DNA of 64,000 nucleotides from an uncultured virus (IMG/VR IMGVR_UViG_3300043473_000028) (taxonomy: Duplodnaviria; Heunggongvirae; Uroviricota; Caudoviricetes): IMG/VR virus record IMGVR_UViG_3300043473_000028; one strand, 5' to 3'. Positions 18,450 to 26,272 of the stretch are shown one piece after another. A program made the position numbers and the translations under genes. The notes beneath the pieces are model-generated. The model saw nothing but the letters and a program-made list of their open reading frames with translations, ran no database searches and was not told where the DNA came from. How positions within the stretch are numbered: the first letter of the stretch is position 1; each line of letters begins with the position of its first letter.

Positions 18450-18690
18450 GCATGTGTTTCATTCACGCTGCCCGTGGTGCAGGGCCGTCAACACGCGCGC
18501 CAGCAACGCCGTGCCCGGTGAGGCCGTAGCACCCACTGACGGTGATGCTTCACTGTGCTTCTACTGTGGGGAATGGGCCATCTTTGATGGTGACCGGCAG
18601 CGCAAGCCTACCGCTGCTGAGTTCATTGAGATTGGTGAAGACCCAGACTGCCAGAAGCTACGGGCAGCGTGGGCACACATGCAAAGTTAA
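18442..18690 (+). CDS. Zn-binding hypothetical protein
   Basis: CPWC...PTDGDASLCFYCG. Confidence 0.65.
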   Translation: MPKHVFHSRCPWCRAVNTRASNAVPGEAVAPTDGDASLCFYCGEWAIFDGDRQRKPTAAEFIEIGEDPDCQKLRAAWAHMQS

Positions 18691-18738
18691 AAGAAAGGAA
18701 TGGCTATAAAGCCATCCGCAACACAAGGGTGAAAGATC

Positions 18739-19014
18739 ATGGCTGCTACCGTTCTACCAATCACTGCCCGGCGCGGGCTGCACGTTTCATTAGACGAACT
18801 GGTTGGCTTTGAGGGCGTCAAGCTCTTGGCCAAGCTGATCCAGCAGTGGCACCGGGCCGACAAGACGCGCAAGCTCAAAGACCTTGCCCGGCTGGCCAAC
18901 CTGACGCCTACCACGGTGTCACGCATCATGAGCCGTGAGACGCGCAGCCCGCGCATGCTGACGTGCATCATGCTGTTCAAGGCGCTAGGGTTCACGGCGG
19001 TGAGGTTTGAATGA
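18739..19014 (+). CDS. Helix-turn-helix (Cro/XRE-like) regulator
   Basis: LKDLARLANLTPTTVSRIMSRETRSPRMLTC..LFKALG. Confidence 0.7.
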   Translation: MAATVLPITARRGLHVSLDELVGFEGVKLLAKLIQQWHRADKTRKLKDLARLANLTPTTVSRIMSRETRSPRMLTCIMLFKALGFTAVRFE

Positions 19015-19727
19015 AGCTGTTCAAGACACCTGACACCATCACGTTCATCTGCCCCCCGGAATTGCTGGGGGTGATCGCGCCGCCGATCAGGGCGGCTGAC
19101 TTCTTGCCTGACTGGTACAAGAAGCTGCCAGCGGTAGACCCTGAGGTGCAGAGCGTCAGCAACCCGGCGATCACTATCAAACGCTGCATGCCGTTCCTTG
19201 ACGCGCTGACGTTGGGCTACATCTTGGTGACCCCGGCTGAAATCAGCTTTCAAGTCAACGCCACGGGCACAGAGGTGACCCACCACAGTGAGTTTCTGAA
19301 GGTGGTGCAGGTGGTGGTGGACGCCCACGGGGCCTACCAGATCAAGGGCGCGCCTGAGGCCAAGCGGGTGGCGCTGAAGCTGATGATGCATTGGACGGTC
19401 AAGACGCCGCCCGGCTGGTCAACGCTGTTTGTGCCGCTGCTGAATAGGGAAAACCCACACTTTGATGTCTTCAGCGGGCTGGTTGACACTGACTGCTATG
19501 ACACGGTGGTCAACCTGCCGTTCTTTATGAGGCCGGGCACGTTCGGCAAGACGTTCATGGTGCCCAAGGGCGCGCCGATCTGCCAGCTAATCCCGGTGAA
19601 GCGCGCCGATCTGGACATGGTGGTGCGGGCGGCCGGGCCGGATGAGACAGCCGCCAAGAGCCGCACGCACGCGGTGCTGAACACGGCGCATGGCTGGTAT
19701 CGGCAACACATCAGGGCCAAGCGATGA
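19011..19727 (+). CDS. DUF6065-like beta-barrel protein
   Basis: TIKRCMPFLDALTLGY, TPPGWSTLF, SGLVDTDCY, VNLPF, PKGAPICQLIPVKR. Confidence 0.7.
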   Translation: MKLFKTPDTITFICPPELLGVIAPPIRAADFLPDWYKKLPAVDPEVQSVSNPAITIKRCMPFLDALTLGYILVTPAEISFQVNATGTEVTHHSEFLKVVQVVVDAHGAYQIKGAPEAKRVALKLMMHWTVKTPPGWSTLFVPLLNRENPHFDVFSGLVDTDCYDTVVNLPFFMRPGTFGKTFMVPKGAPICQLIPVKRADLDMVVRAAGPDETAAKSRTHAVLNTAHGWYRQHIRAKR

Positions 19728-19747
19728 GGGCCCCCGCAGGGGCCCCC
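19728..19747. terminator. GC hairpin between convergent genes
   Basis: GGGCCCC-CGCA-GGGGCCC, same stem family as the terminators at 24257 and 24592. Confidence 0.5.
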
Positions 19748-19753
19748 AGTGGC

Positions 19754-20590
19754 TCAGACGATGCTGACGTGCTTGCGCTTGGGGTGCGTGTCGTACCTGA
19801 AGTCTGTGCGCTTCAGGCCCGCCGCTCTGGCTTCACCCACGGTCATGCCGCTGCGGTAAAGATCGTAGCGCCTGTGCGCCTCACTACCCAGCTTCTTGGG
19901 GTTGGTCACCAGTATGGTGATCACCATGTGGTCAGCAAACTCAGGCACCGGGCCACGGTGCATGCGCGGCTTGACCAGAGCATCAGCCATCTGCTGAAGC
20001 GCATCGGGCTTGGCCGCCTTCTTGACCTTGGCCACCTTTTTGGCCGCAGGTGCGGCCTTGGCGGCCTTTTTCTTGTTCTTACCCACCTCAAACACGGCGG
20101 CCAGACCGGCAGGCCCGGCAGAGCCCGCCTTGGGCGCGGTGTCGGGCTTGGCCGCCTTCATGGCCTTCTTGAACTGGGCCACCAGATCAGCGCCGCCCTT
20201 GGCAACGGCCTTGGCCGCCTGCTTGGTGGTGACGGCCTTCTTGGCGCGCTTGCCGTTGAACGGCAGCGGGCCCTTGCCGCTGGTCACGCTGTCCAGATCA
20301 AGCTTGGTCTTGGCCGGGGCCAGCGGGTACTCTTCAGCGGGCTTGCCGTGGGCGGCAAGGCCAGCCATGTCAGCGTTGAGCCCGGCAAGGCCGTCAGCGG
20401 CCTTCACCAGTTGCCAGCCAGACTTGGCGTGCGCAAGCTCAAGGCCAAACTGGGCCATGATCTTGGTGAGCCGCTTGACGCCGGTCGGCTTGTCGTGAAA
20501 GCCTTTGATTTCCTTGAAGGGCAGGTGGTGTTCAACCACTGCGCGGTTATGGGCCACGTTAAGCTGGGCCAGAGAAAGTTCAGTAAGCAT
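19754..20590 (-). CDS. K/A-rich histone-like protein with C-terminal NPKK domain
   Basis: ITILVTNPKKLGSEAHRRYDLYRSGMTVGEARAAGLKRTDFRYD; lone minus-strand gene with its own promoter. Confidence 0.75.
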   Translation of the reverse strand: MLTELSLAQLNVAHNRAVVEHHLPFKEIKGFHDKPTGVKRLTKIMAQFGLELAHAKSGWQLVKAADGLAGLNADMAGLAAHGKPAEEYPLAPAKTKLDLDSVTSGKGPLPFNGKRAKKAVTTKQAAKAVAKGGADLVAQFKKAMKAAKPDTAPKAGSAGPAGLAAVFEVGKNKKKAAKAAPAAKKVAKVKKAAKPDALQQMADALVKPRMHRGPVPEFADHMVITILVTNPKKLGSEAHRRYDLYRSGMTVGEARAAGLKRTDFRYDTHPKRKHVSIV

Positions 20591-20638
20591 GTTTCACCCT
20601 ATGGTTGGTTGGGGCGCAGACGCCCTGTTGACGAGTAA

Positions 20639-20667
20639 TGTCTACACTCCCCATGGGCAACTGTAAA
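20639..20667 (-). promoter_or_regulatory. Promoter TTTACA-N17-TAGACA
   Basis: Member of the repeated promoter family; CCAACCAACC leader downstream. Confidence 0.65.
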
Positions 20668-20695
20668 GACCGAATGCAAAAAAGGTGAGCAAAAA

Positions 20696-21433
20696 ATGAT
20701 TGATACCATCGTGGTGCTGGACACTGAGACTACCGGGCTGAGCCCTGAAACCGGGGCAGAAATCTGTGAGATTGCGTGGGTGAGCCTTGAGCTAGAACAG
20801 ACCGGCTGGGTGTTCGGGCCCGGCCACAGCTTCTTTGTTGAGACGTTTGCCAAGTTTGACCCGGCCGCCAGAGCGGCGCACCACATCAACCCGGCGTGGT
20901 GCCAGCCGGGGGCACCCAACTGCGCGCCCAAGGGCATCATCATCGGCAGCATGAAGACCATGGAACGGCCCGGCCAGATGCTGTACGCGGCGCACAACGC
21001 GCCATATGACGCTCAATTCCTGCCAGAGCTGAGCCTAGCGTGGATAGACACCTACGTCTGCGCCAAGCACATCTGGCCCGACGCGCCCAAATACAGCAAC
21101 CAGACGCTGCGCTACTGGCTTGAGGCTGAGCCCCCGGCTGCGCTGCTTGAGGGTCTGGTGGCCCACCGGGCGCTATATGACGCGGCCTGCACGGCGGCTG
21201 TCCTAGAGCGCATGCTGCGTGGCCATACCCCGGCCGAACTGGTCAGGCTCAGCACCACGCCGATGTTGCTGAAGACCGTGAACTTTGGCAAGCATGACGG
21301 CCAGCCGTGGTCAGAGGTGCCGTGGGGCTACCTTGACTGGATGCGGCGGCTGTCTGACATGTACACCAAAGACAAAGACATCAAGTTCACAGTGGATCAC
21401 TACCTTGCCAAAAGCACCCAAGCCCTTGCCTAA
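20696..21433 (+). CDS. DEDDh 3'-5' exonuclease (ExoX-like) with DUF3820-like C-terminus
   Basis: VLDTETTG, AHNAPYD, IDTY, AHRALYD; FGKHDGQPWSEVPWGYLDWM. Confidence 0.9.
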   Translation: MIDTIVVLDTETTGLSPETGAEICEIAWVSLELEQTGWVFGPGHSFFVETFAKFDPAARAAHHINPAWCQPGAPNCAPKGIIIGSMKTMERPGQMLYAAHNAPYDAQFLPELSLAWIDTYVCAKHIWPDAPKYSNQTLRYWLEAEPPAALLEGLVAHRALYDAACTAAVLERMLRGHTPAELVRLSTTPMLLKTVNFGKHDGQPWSEVPWGYLDWMRRLSDMYTKDKDIKFTVDHYLAKSTQALA

Positions 21434-21740
21434 GACCGCCCCCACCGCCCAGCGGCTGGCGGATACGCTGCGGCGCGCCGGGTTTGAGGAACTAGCCGCC
21501 CGCGCCGCCCAGAATGAGTTTCATGACTACCTGTCAGAGCACGACCTGCCGGGCATGGAATTGGACATGGCGCTGGTCAAAATCATCAAAGACCCTACCT
21601 ACAGTGCCGAAAAGCGTGACACGGCCAGCGCCATCCGCACCCGCCACCATGCCGGTGACTTTGACGCCGACGATGCTGAGGCTGACGCGTGGGCCCAGAG
21701 CCCTGAAGGGCAGGCCACCATCAACATGCTGAAGCCGTGA
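21426..21740 (+). CDS. Hypothetical protein
   Basis: TTG start; RLADTLRRAGFEELAARA...FHDYLS...GDFDA. Confidence 0.6.
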   Translation: MPKTAPTAQRLADTLRRAGFEELAARAAQNEFHDYLSEHDLPGMELDMALVKIIKDPTYSAEKRDTASAIRTRHHAGDFDADDAEADAWAQSPEGQATINMLKP

Positions 21741-22201
21741 AAATCAAGCTGGCTGATGCCGGGCTGCGCCTTGCCGTGCGCAACCATCTGGACAAGAGCC
21801 TTGGCTGGCTGTGGACGGCCATTGAGACGGCGGCAACCCAACAGGGCGTGCCTGACAGCTTCTGGGCGCACCGCCCCAGCCAGACCAGCGGTTGGATTGA
21901 ACACAAGGCCGCCAGAGGCTGGGTGGTGACCGTGCGGCCCCACCAGATCGCTTGGATTGAGCGCCACGTGGCGGCGGGGGTGCACTGCACGGTCATGGTG
22001 CGCGCCATGGGCCTAGGCAGCGCCGCTGGCGCGGGTGACGCGCTGTGGGTGATATCCGGTGCCGCCGTGCGTGAACTGGCTCAGGCGGGCCTGCGTGACC
22101 TGTCCAGCAAGGCCGTGCTGGGCATGTGGCCCGGCACGCCCAACAAATGGAATTGGCTTGAGGTTGAGCGCCTGTTGACGGGGCGGCAGCATGACCGATA
22201 G
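21737..22201 (+). CDS. PD-(D/E)XK nuclease, VRR-NUC/resolvase-like
   Basis: IET...GVPD...WIEHK...VRPHQIAW. Confidence 0.75.
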   Translation: MKIKLADAGLRLAVRNHLDKSLGWLWTAIETAATQQGVPDSFWAHRPSQTSGWIEHKAARGWVVTVRPHQIAWIERHVAAGVHCTVMVRAMGLGSAAGAGDALWVISGAAVRELAQAGLRDLSSKAVLGMWPGTPNKWNWLEVERLLTGRQHDR

Positions 22202-22568
22202 CTGGCCGGTGCAGTACTTCAAGGCCGGTGCGGCAGCGGCTGACACGCTGATGGCCGCGTTGAGGAATAGAATATGGGATGAGCGTGAGAGGCACGGTGA
22301 CAACCTTGTGGCGCTGTCACCGGCATTTGACCTGATACTCAACTGGATGGATCAGATAGAGGAAAAGCACATGGCAGACGGTGCATCAAGTTGTGAGTTC
22401 TTTGTTGAGGGCGGCGGCAGCAAGGGCCGCTACCTCATGTACAACCCGCCGATCACGGGGGATGACATCACGTTCGGCGATGGTGACACCTACACGGTGG
22501 TGCGCCGCAACGTGGATGTGCAGGACAACTTTGTGCGCATCACCATCCGGCGCAAGGACAGCGCTTGA
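22191..22568 (+). CDS. Hypothetical protein
   Basis: Coupled ORF ending the + strand block. Confidence 0.55.
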   Translation: MTDSWPVQYFKAGAAAADTLMAALRNRIWDERERHGDNLVALSPAFDLILNWMDQIEEKHMADGASSCEFFVEGGGSKGRYLMYNPPITGDDITFGDGDTYTVVRRNVDVQDNFVRITIRRKDSA

Positions 22569-22719
22569 GACGCACCTGCATCCTGCTCGGCCTGTACATA
22601 CGCCGTGGCCCTGAGCGCCTGCCCACCGGGCGGCTGGTCAGGCGGTGGTGGCGTGGTTTGCTGGGTAACCGCACCCAGAGCCGGTAGGGCCTCCAACCCG
22701 TGACCGGCACCCCAAACGC

Positions 22720-22750
22720 AAAAAGGCCGCCCGGTGAGGGGCGGCCCTTT
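22720..22750. terminator. Bidirectional intrinsic terminator between the + and - blocks
   Basis: AAAAA-GGCCGCCC-GGTGAG-GGGCGGCC-CTTT. Confidence 0.7.
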
Positions 22751-22779
22751 GGGTCTACCGCGCCTTAAAGGCGCGGGGG

Positions 22780-22974
22780 TCAGGCGGCCAGCGCGGCCAG
22801 CGCGGTCAGCGTGTCGCGCAGAGCCCCGCGCTGCCAGTTCAGGGCGTTGGCCAGACGCTCGGCATGCTCACGGCCGATGGGCTTGCTGTTGGTGGTCAGA
22901 GCGATCTGCGCCTCTATCTGCTTGGCGCGGGCGGTCAGTTCATCGGCGGTGAGGTGGGCAAGAAAATTGGTCAC
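22780..22974 (-). CDS. Small early hypothetical protein
   Basis: GTG start inside CCCGTGA, (CCAA)n leader. Confidence 0.6.
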   Translation of the reverse strand: MTNFLAHLTADELTARAKQIEAQIALTTNSKPIGREHAERLANALNWQRGALRDTLTALAALAA

Positions 22975-22990
22975 GGGCGTATCTTTCTCA

Positions 22991-23014
22991 GGTTGGTTGG
23001 TTGGTTGGTTGGTT
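22991..23014. repeat. (GGTT)6 / (AACC)6 tetranucleotide tract in a 5' leader
   Basis: Read directly; shorter CCAACCAACC tracts precede several other genes. Confidence 0.9.
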
Positions 23015-23186
23015 AGCGAACGGGCTTCTCATAGCCCACAACGGTGAAGCCGCGCGCGGCAAGCCAAGCGTCAAGCTCAGCCTTGGTGGCGCGGATCACC
23101 TCATACTCACCGGTATCACCAGCGGTATCAGAGGTGCGGTAGAAGCTGTCGCCAGCGGCATTCTCATAGACGGTCATTTGGGTCAC
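23013..23186 (-). CDS. Small early hypothetical protein (start GTG 23186 or ATG 23177)
   Basis: TVYENAAGDSFYRTSD...WLAARGFTVVGYE; preceded by a promoter module. Confidence 0.6.
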   Translation of the reverse strand: MTQMTVYENAAGDSFYRTSDTAGDTGEYEVIRATKAELDAWLAARGFTVVGYEKPVR

Positions 23187-23296
23187 GGGTCCCTGCGGCA
23201 AAAGCGCCGTGACGCTTAATGCACCATTCGCTGCTGGCTGTAAAGCGTAAAACGAATGCGGATGCAAAAAAGACCGCTGCTTAGGGGGCAGCGGCC
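23183..23296 (-). repeat. Terminator-promoter-leader module, copy 1
   Basis: Terminator 23266-23296, TTTACA-N17-CATTAA (23216-23244), leader GCGTCACGGCGCTTTTGCCGCAGGGACCCGTGA. Confidence 0.75.
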
Positions 23297-23436
23297 ATGA
23301 ATTTGGGGTGAAGCGCAGATGTAGGGTCAACCGGGGGCGTTGGCAATGCCCGTGGCGGGCCACAGCGCGCCGCCAGAGCGTTTCAGGGCACTGGGTGGGC
23401 CCAGACACCGCCCAGCCCCCCGGATGCCCCTGTGGC

Positions 23437-23700
23437 CTAGTCAGGGCTGTGGCCAGTGGCTACCAGCTTGAGCATCAGGATGTCAGCCTCAACCCGGTGC
23501 GGTACGATCAGGATGCTGGCGTCCACCTTGCCGGTGACCGGGCTGGGCTTGCGGGCGCGGTGATCCAGCCAGCTTGCGCCGTTCAGGGTCAGCATCCAGA
23601 CGCCGTTGCTGCCGCGCCCACGCGGGCGGGCAACGGCAACCACGTGCTTGCCGTCCATGACGGTGGTGCCGTGGTGAAAGCGGTGAACGGTCATCTTCAT
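23437..23700 (-). CDS. Hypothetical protein
   Basis: Coupled early ORF. Confidence 0.55.
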   Translation of the reverse strand: MKMTVHRFHHGTTVMDGKHVVAVARPRGRGSNGVWMLTLNGASWLDHRARKPSPVTGKVDASILIVPHRVEADILMLKLVATGHSPD

Positions 23701-23888
23701 GATGATGCCTCAATAGCGCGCTTAGCGGCGCGGAGCAGGATGAACTCACGGCCGACAAGGCCGCGCAGGTTGGTGCGCCAGTAGCCGGTGATCAGCTTGC
23801 GCACGGTGCCCACGGCCTGACCGTCACGGTAGACGGTCAGGGTATCGTCGGCGGTCTTGCGGTAGGTGACCATCTCAGGCCACCTCAA
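23697..23888 (-). CDS. Hypothetical protein
   Basis: VYRDGQAVGTVRK...WR; coupled. Confidence 0.55.
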   Translation of the reverse strand: MRWPEMVTYRKTADDTLTVYRDGQAVGTVRKLITGYWRTNLRGLVGREFILLRAAKRAIEASS

Positions 23889-24165
23889 ACAAGGTGGCCA
23901 CCGGGCTCAGGCCACGTTCACGGCGCTGGCGGTTGTAGGCGATCAGGCCGGTGTCCACGCAATGGGCGCAGCGGTCAGCGGCGGCGGTGGCCTTGAACGT
24001 GGCCCAGTCAACAATCTCACTGGCCATGAAGCGGTAGGTGGCGCGGCTGTTGCTGCGCACCTTGCCCTTACCGGCAGGCTGGACGGCGCAGCGCGCCATG
24101 ATGCGCTGGCCATTGAGGCCCTTGTTAGCGCGTAGGTGGGTCTTGCGGGTAGACATGGGGTTCAC
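23875..24165 (-). CDS. Hypothetical protein (Cys/His)
   Basis: KTHL...RCA...DRCAHC; preceded by a promoter module. Confidence 0.6.
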   Translation of the reverse strand: MNPMSTRKTHLRANKGLNGQRIMARCAVQPAGKGKVRSNSRATYRFMASEIVDWATFKATAAADRCAHCVDTGLIAYNRQRRERGLSPVATLFEVA

Positions 24166-24274
24166 GGTCCCTGCGGCAAAAGCGCCGTGACGCGTATATG
24201 CCCCATTCGCTTAAGGCTGTAAACCCCTAAACCGAATAGAAATGCACAAAAGAAAAGGGGCCCCGCAGGGCCCC
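24162..24274 (-). repeat. Terminator-promoter-leader module, copy 2
   Basis: GGGGCCC stem + TTTTCTTTT, TTTACA-N17-CATATA (24195-24223), leader nearly identical to copy 1. Confidence 0.8.
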
Positions 24275-24281
24275 CTCTGGA

Positions 24282-24491
24282 TCACCAAGCCATGCTGGCG
24301 ATCTTGTGCTTGTTGTAGGCGTGGTTGGTCTTGATCTGGGTGGTGGTCTGCTCACCAGTGCCCTTGCAAGAGAAGCACTTGCCCGCGTGGGTCATCTTGC
24401 CGTTGACGCAAGCGCCCCACTGGTAGAGGCCAGAGCCCTTGCACTTCACGCAGGTGCCGGGCTTAGAGTTAGGCTGAGAAAGGTCATACAT
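24282..24491 (-). CDS. Small CxxCxGxG Zn-finger protein
   Basis: CVKCKGSG...CFSCKGTG. Confidence 0.7.
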   Translation of the reverse strand: MYDLSQPNSKPGTCVKCKGSGLYQWGACVNGKMTHAGKCFSCKGTGEQTTTQIKTNHAYNKHKIASMAW

Positions 24492-24495
24492 GGGT

Positions 24496-24610
24496 TCACG
24501 GGTCCAAAGGCAGGAGCGCCTTGAACGTGTTTATGCCCTATTCGCTTAAGGCTGTAAACCCCATAAACGAATAAAAATGCACAAAAGAAAAGGGGCCCCA
24601 GAAGGGCCCC
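24496..24610 (-). repeat. Terminator-promoter-leader module, copy 3
   Basis: Terminator 24583-24610, TTTACA-N17-CATAAA (24530-24558); promoter/terminator part nearly identical to copy 2. Confidence 0.8.
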
Positions 24611-24613
24611 GTT

Positions 24614-24772
24614 CAGTACCGCTTGCCAGAGGGGGTGAGCGGCCCGCGCGCGGGGTCCCTACCATATTAACAGCCGCCTAGAGCGTGGTGCGCCCCACGG
24701 CAGGGGCAGCGGGTCACTTTTCAGAGGTGATGCTCTTTACTTGAGCTACCCTCTGGCAAGCGGTACTGCTAA
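24614..24772 (-). ncRNA. Candidate structured small RNA (~155-160 nt) with a 20-bp terminal stem and tRNA-like 5' arms
   Basis: Perfect 20-bp inverted repeat 24614-24633/24749-24768; own promoter (24780-24808) and downstream terminator; no credible ORF. Confidence 0.6.
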
Positions 24773-24779
24773 TATTCGT

Positions 24780-24808
24780 CTTATGCCACAGCCCGCTCAG
24801 GCTGTAAA
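24780..24808 (-). promoter_or_regulatory. Promoter TTTACA-N17-CATAAG
   Basis: Family consensus; embedded in the 3' end of the upstream CDS and pointing at the candidate ncRNA. Confidence 0.6.
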
Positions 24809-25482
24809 GGAACAATCTTCACCTTGCCCCAAATTTCTTTCAGCGCCGCCGCGCGGGCGGCTTCATGCTCAGGGCCTGCCGGGTGCGGCCGGTCAAGGTG
24901 ATCCGGCTCAAGGTCATCGTAGCCGAACAGCCTGCGCACCCCGTTGCGGTACTTGGGCCCGCAGACGCGGTAGTTGATCAGGCTGATGGTTGGGTCCAGC
25001 CCGGCCACCATGATCAGATCAAGGTTGGTCTTGGCGTCCACCAGAGCCACGCGGGTGATGGCCATGGCCGGGATCGGCCCGTGGTAGGCGCAGTTGCCCA
25101 GCCCCGCCAGAGAGTTCTCATGGTGGGCGGCATACTTCATCAGCCGCTTGCGATACCAGCGGGTGCGGTACTTCATGGGCCTGTCCAGCGGGGCGTGCCC
25201 CTCTGACTTGCGGCTGGTCTGCTCAAGCCAGTCTTCATCGGGCGTCAGCAGCCACGGGGCCAGCAGCCCCGCGTCAATCTCAAGCACCGCCAGATCAGCG
25301 CCGGGCTTGGCGGCGCTGTGGGCGTAGTGCAGGGCGTAGGCGTTGGTCAGGTAGATGGCGTCGGGGCAGCTATCAACGCTGTGCGTCCAGTTGCCCTTGC
25401 GCTTGCCGCGCGGCTTCAGCCCCTCTGCCGCGATGGCTGGCAGGTTGGCGGCGGCGGTGCCGTGGTATAGGAACCGGCTCAT
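24781..25482 (-). CDS. ADP-ribosyltransferase-fold protein (HGT-type; KptA/Tpt1- or DarT-like)
   Basis: FLYHGT..NLPAIAAEGLKP...AIYLT...AVLEID. Confidence 0.6.
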   Translation of the reverse strand: MSRFLYHGTAAANLPAIAAEGLKPRGKRKGNWTHSVDSCPDAIYLTNAYALHYAHSAAKPGADLAVLEIDAGLLAPWLLTPDEDWLEQTSRKSEGHAPLDRPMKYRTRWYRKRLMKYAAHHENSLAGLGNCAYHGPIPAMAITRVALVDAKTNLDLIMVAGLDPTISLINYRVCGPKYRNGVRRLFGYDDLEPDHLDRPHPAGPEHEAARAAALKEIWGKVKIVPLQPERAVA

Positions 25483-25661
25483 GACCGCACCAGCGTGCGG
25501 TCAAGAGCTTCGTCAAAGGCTTCTTGCCCATGCTTCAGGCGCAGCGCCCGCAGCATGTTGTGGCTTGCGCCGTAGTACGGGTGGCAATGCTGCCCCCAGC
25601 CATCGGCCGGGCCGTTCAGCACGGCCCAGTAGGCGCGGGCGTCTTTCTCAAGTTCAGTCAT
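25479..25661 (-). CDS. Hypothetical protein
   Basis: Likely start ATG 25661 (MTELEKDARAYW); coupled. Confidence 0.55.
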   Translation of the reverse strand: MTELEKDARAYWAVLNGPADGWGQHCHPYYGASHNMLRALRLKHGQEAFDEALDRTLVRS

Positions 25662-25836
25662 CTTGTTCGTCCTCAGCTTCACGGGCCAGCAGATCGGCAA
25701 TGGCACCTTGTTCAGTTCTGCCCCATCCGTAGTTGCCATCTTCAGCGTGGCCGTCACGGTAGGCGCACCAGTCATGGGTACGGATGGGGATCGGTGGGTA
25801 CATGAAAGCGGTGATGATGATGGGCTTGGCCATCAC
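25654..25836 (-). CDS. Hypothetical phage protein
   Basis: YPPIPIRTHDWCAY...GWGRTEQGAIADL. Confidence 0.65.
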   Translation of the reverse strand: MMAKPIIITAFMYPPIPIRTHDWCAYRDGHAEDGNYGWGRTEQGAIADLLAREAEDEQDD

Positions 25837-26030
25837 ACCACCGCCTTGGCGATATGTGGGTAGGCAGGCACGCGCTTGGTGCTGCCGTCAGGCATCACCA
25901 CACGGCCATCGGTCAGATCGCGCGCGATTTCTTCAGCCAGCTTCTGGCTGTGCGTCACAGAGCGGCTGACGTAGCGATGTTCACCGCTACGCAGCACACG
26001 GTAGACGCCATACATGGCGGGGCCCTTCAT
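25833..26030 (-). CDS. Hypothetical protein
   Basis: Coupled ORF. Confidence 0.55.
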   Translation of the reverse strand: MKGPAMYGVYRVLRSGEHRYVSRSVTHSQKLAEEIARDLTDGRVVMPDGSTKRVPAYPHIAKAVV

Positions 26031-26194
26031 CAGAGCCCCCTGCGCTTGAGTTCGGCTTTGACGCCAGCGATCATGGCTGGCGTCATGGCATCGCCATTGG
26101 GGCGATCCACCAGCAGCGTCAGCATCATGCGCAGACGGGCAACCGTCAGCGTCTTGAGGTAGGCGTAGTTCAGTCTAGGCTTCAGAGTAGTCAC
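26030..26194 (-). CDS. Small hypothetical protein (54 aa)
   Basis: Read by hand: GTG in CCCGTGA, MTTLKPRLNYAYLKTLTVARL...KAELKRRGL. Confidence 0.6.
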   Translation of the reverse strand: MTTLKPRLNYAYLKTLTVARLRMMLTLLVDRPNGDAMTPAMIAGVKAELKRRGL

Positions 26195-26228
26195 GGGATT
26201 TGCCTTTGGTTGGTTGGCTTACCCGGCT

Positions 26229-26257
26229 GGTTTATCTCACCGCTCGTCTTGTGTAAA
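26229..26257 (-). promoter_or_regulatory. Promoter TTTACA-N17-TAAACC
   Basis: Preceded by ACTCCC as at 4087 and 5873; spacer shares AGACGAGCGG with 5873. Confidence 0.65.
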
Positions 26258-26272
26258 GGGAGTGGCGCAAAT

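Noticed and set aside
18739..19014. Lysogeny repressor implying a temperate lifestyle
   Set aside because: Lone short HTH with no peptidase domain, divergent cro or integrase in the window; lifestyle cannot be settled from this window
22570..22715. Additional ncRNAs in GC-rich intergenic gaps (also 23300-23436)
   Set aside because: Only short, imperfect stems and no matching promoter; not distinguishable from chance at this GC content
23183..24610. CRISPR array or integron attC array
   Set aside because: Repeats are ~110-bp promoter/terminator modules with gene-sized, unequal spacing; no cas gene or integrase in the window
24614..24768. Canonical tRNA-Ser(UGA), tmRNA or 6S RNA call
   Set aside because: No T-loop GUUC, no CCA, C instead of U33 and no tag ORF; reported only as a tRNA-like ncRNA candidate
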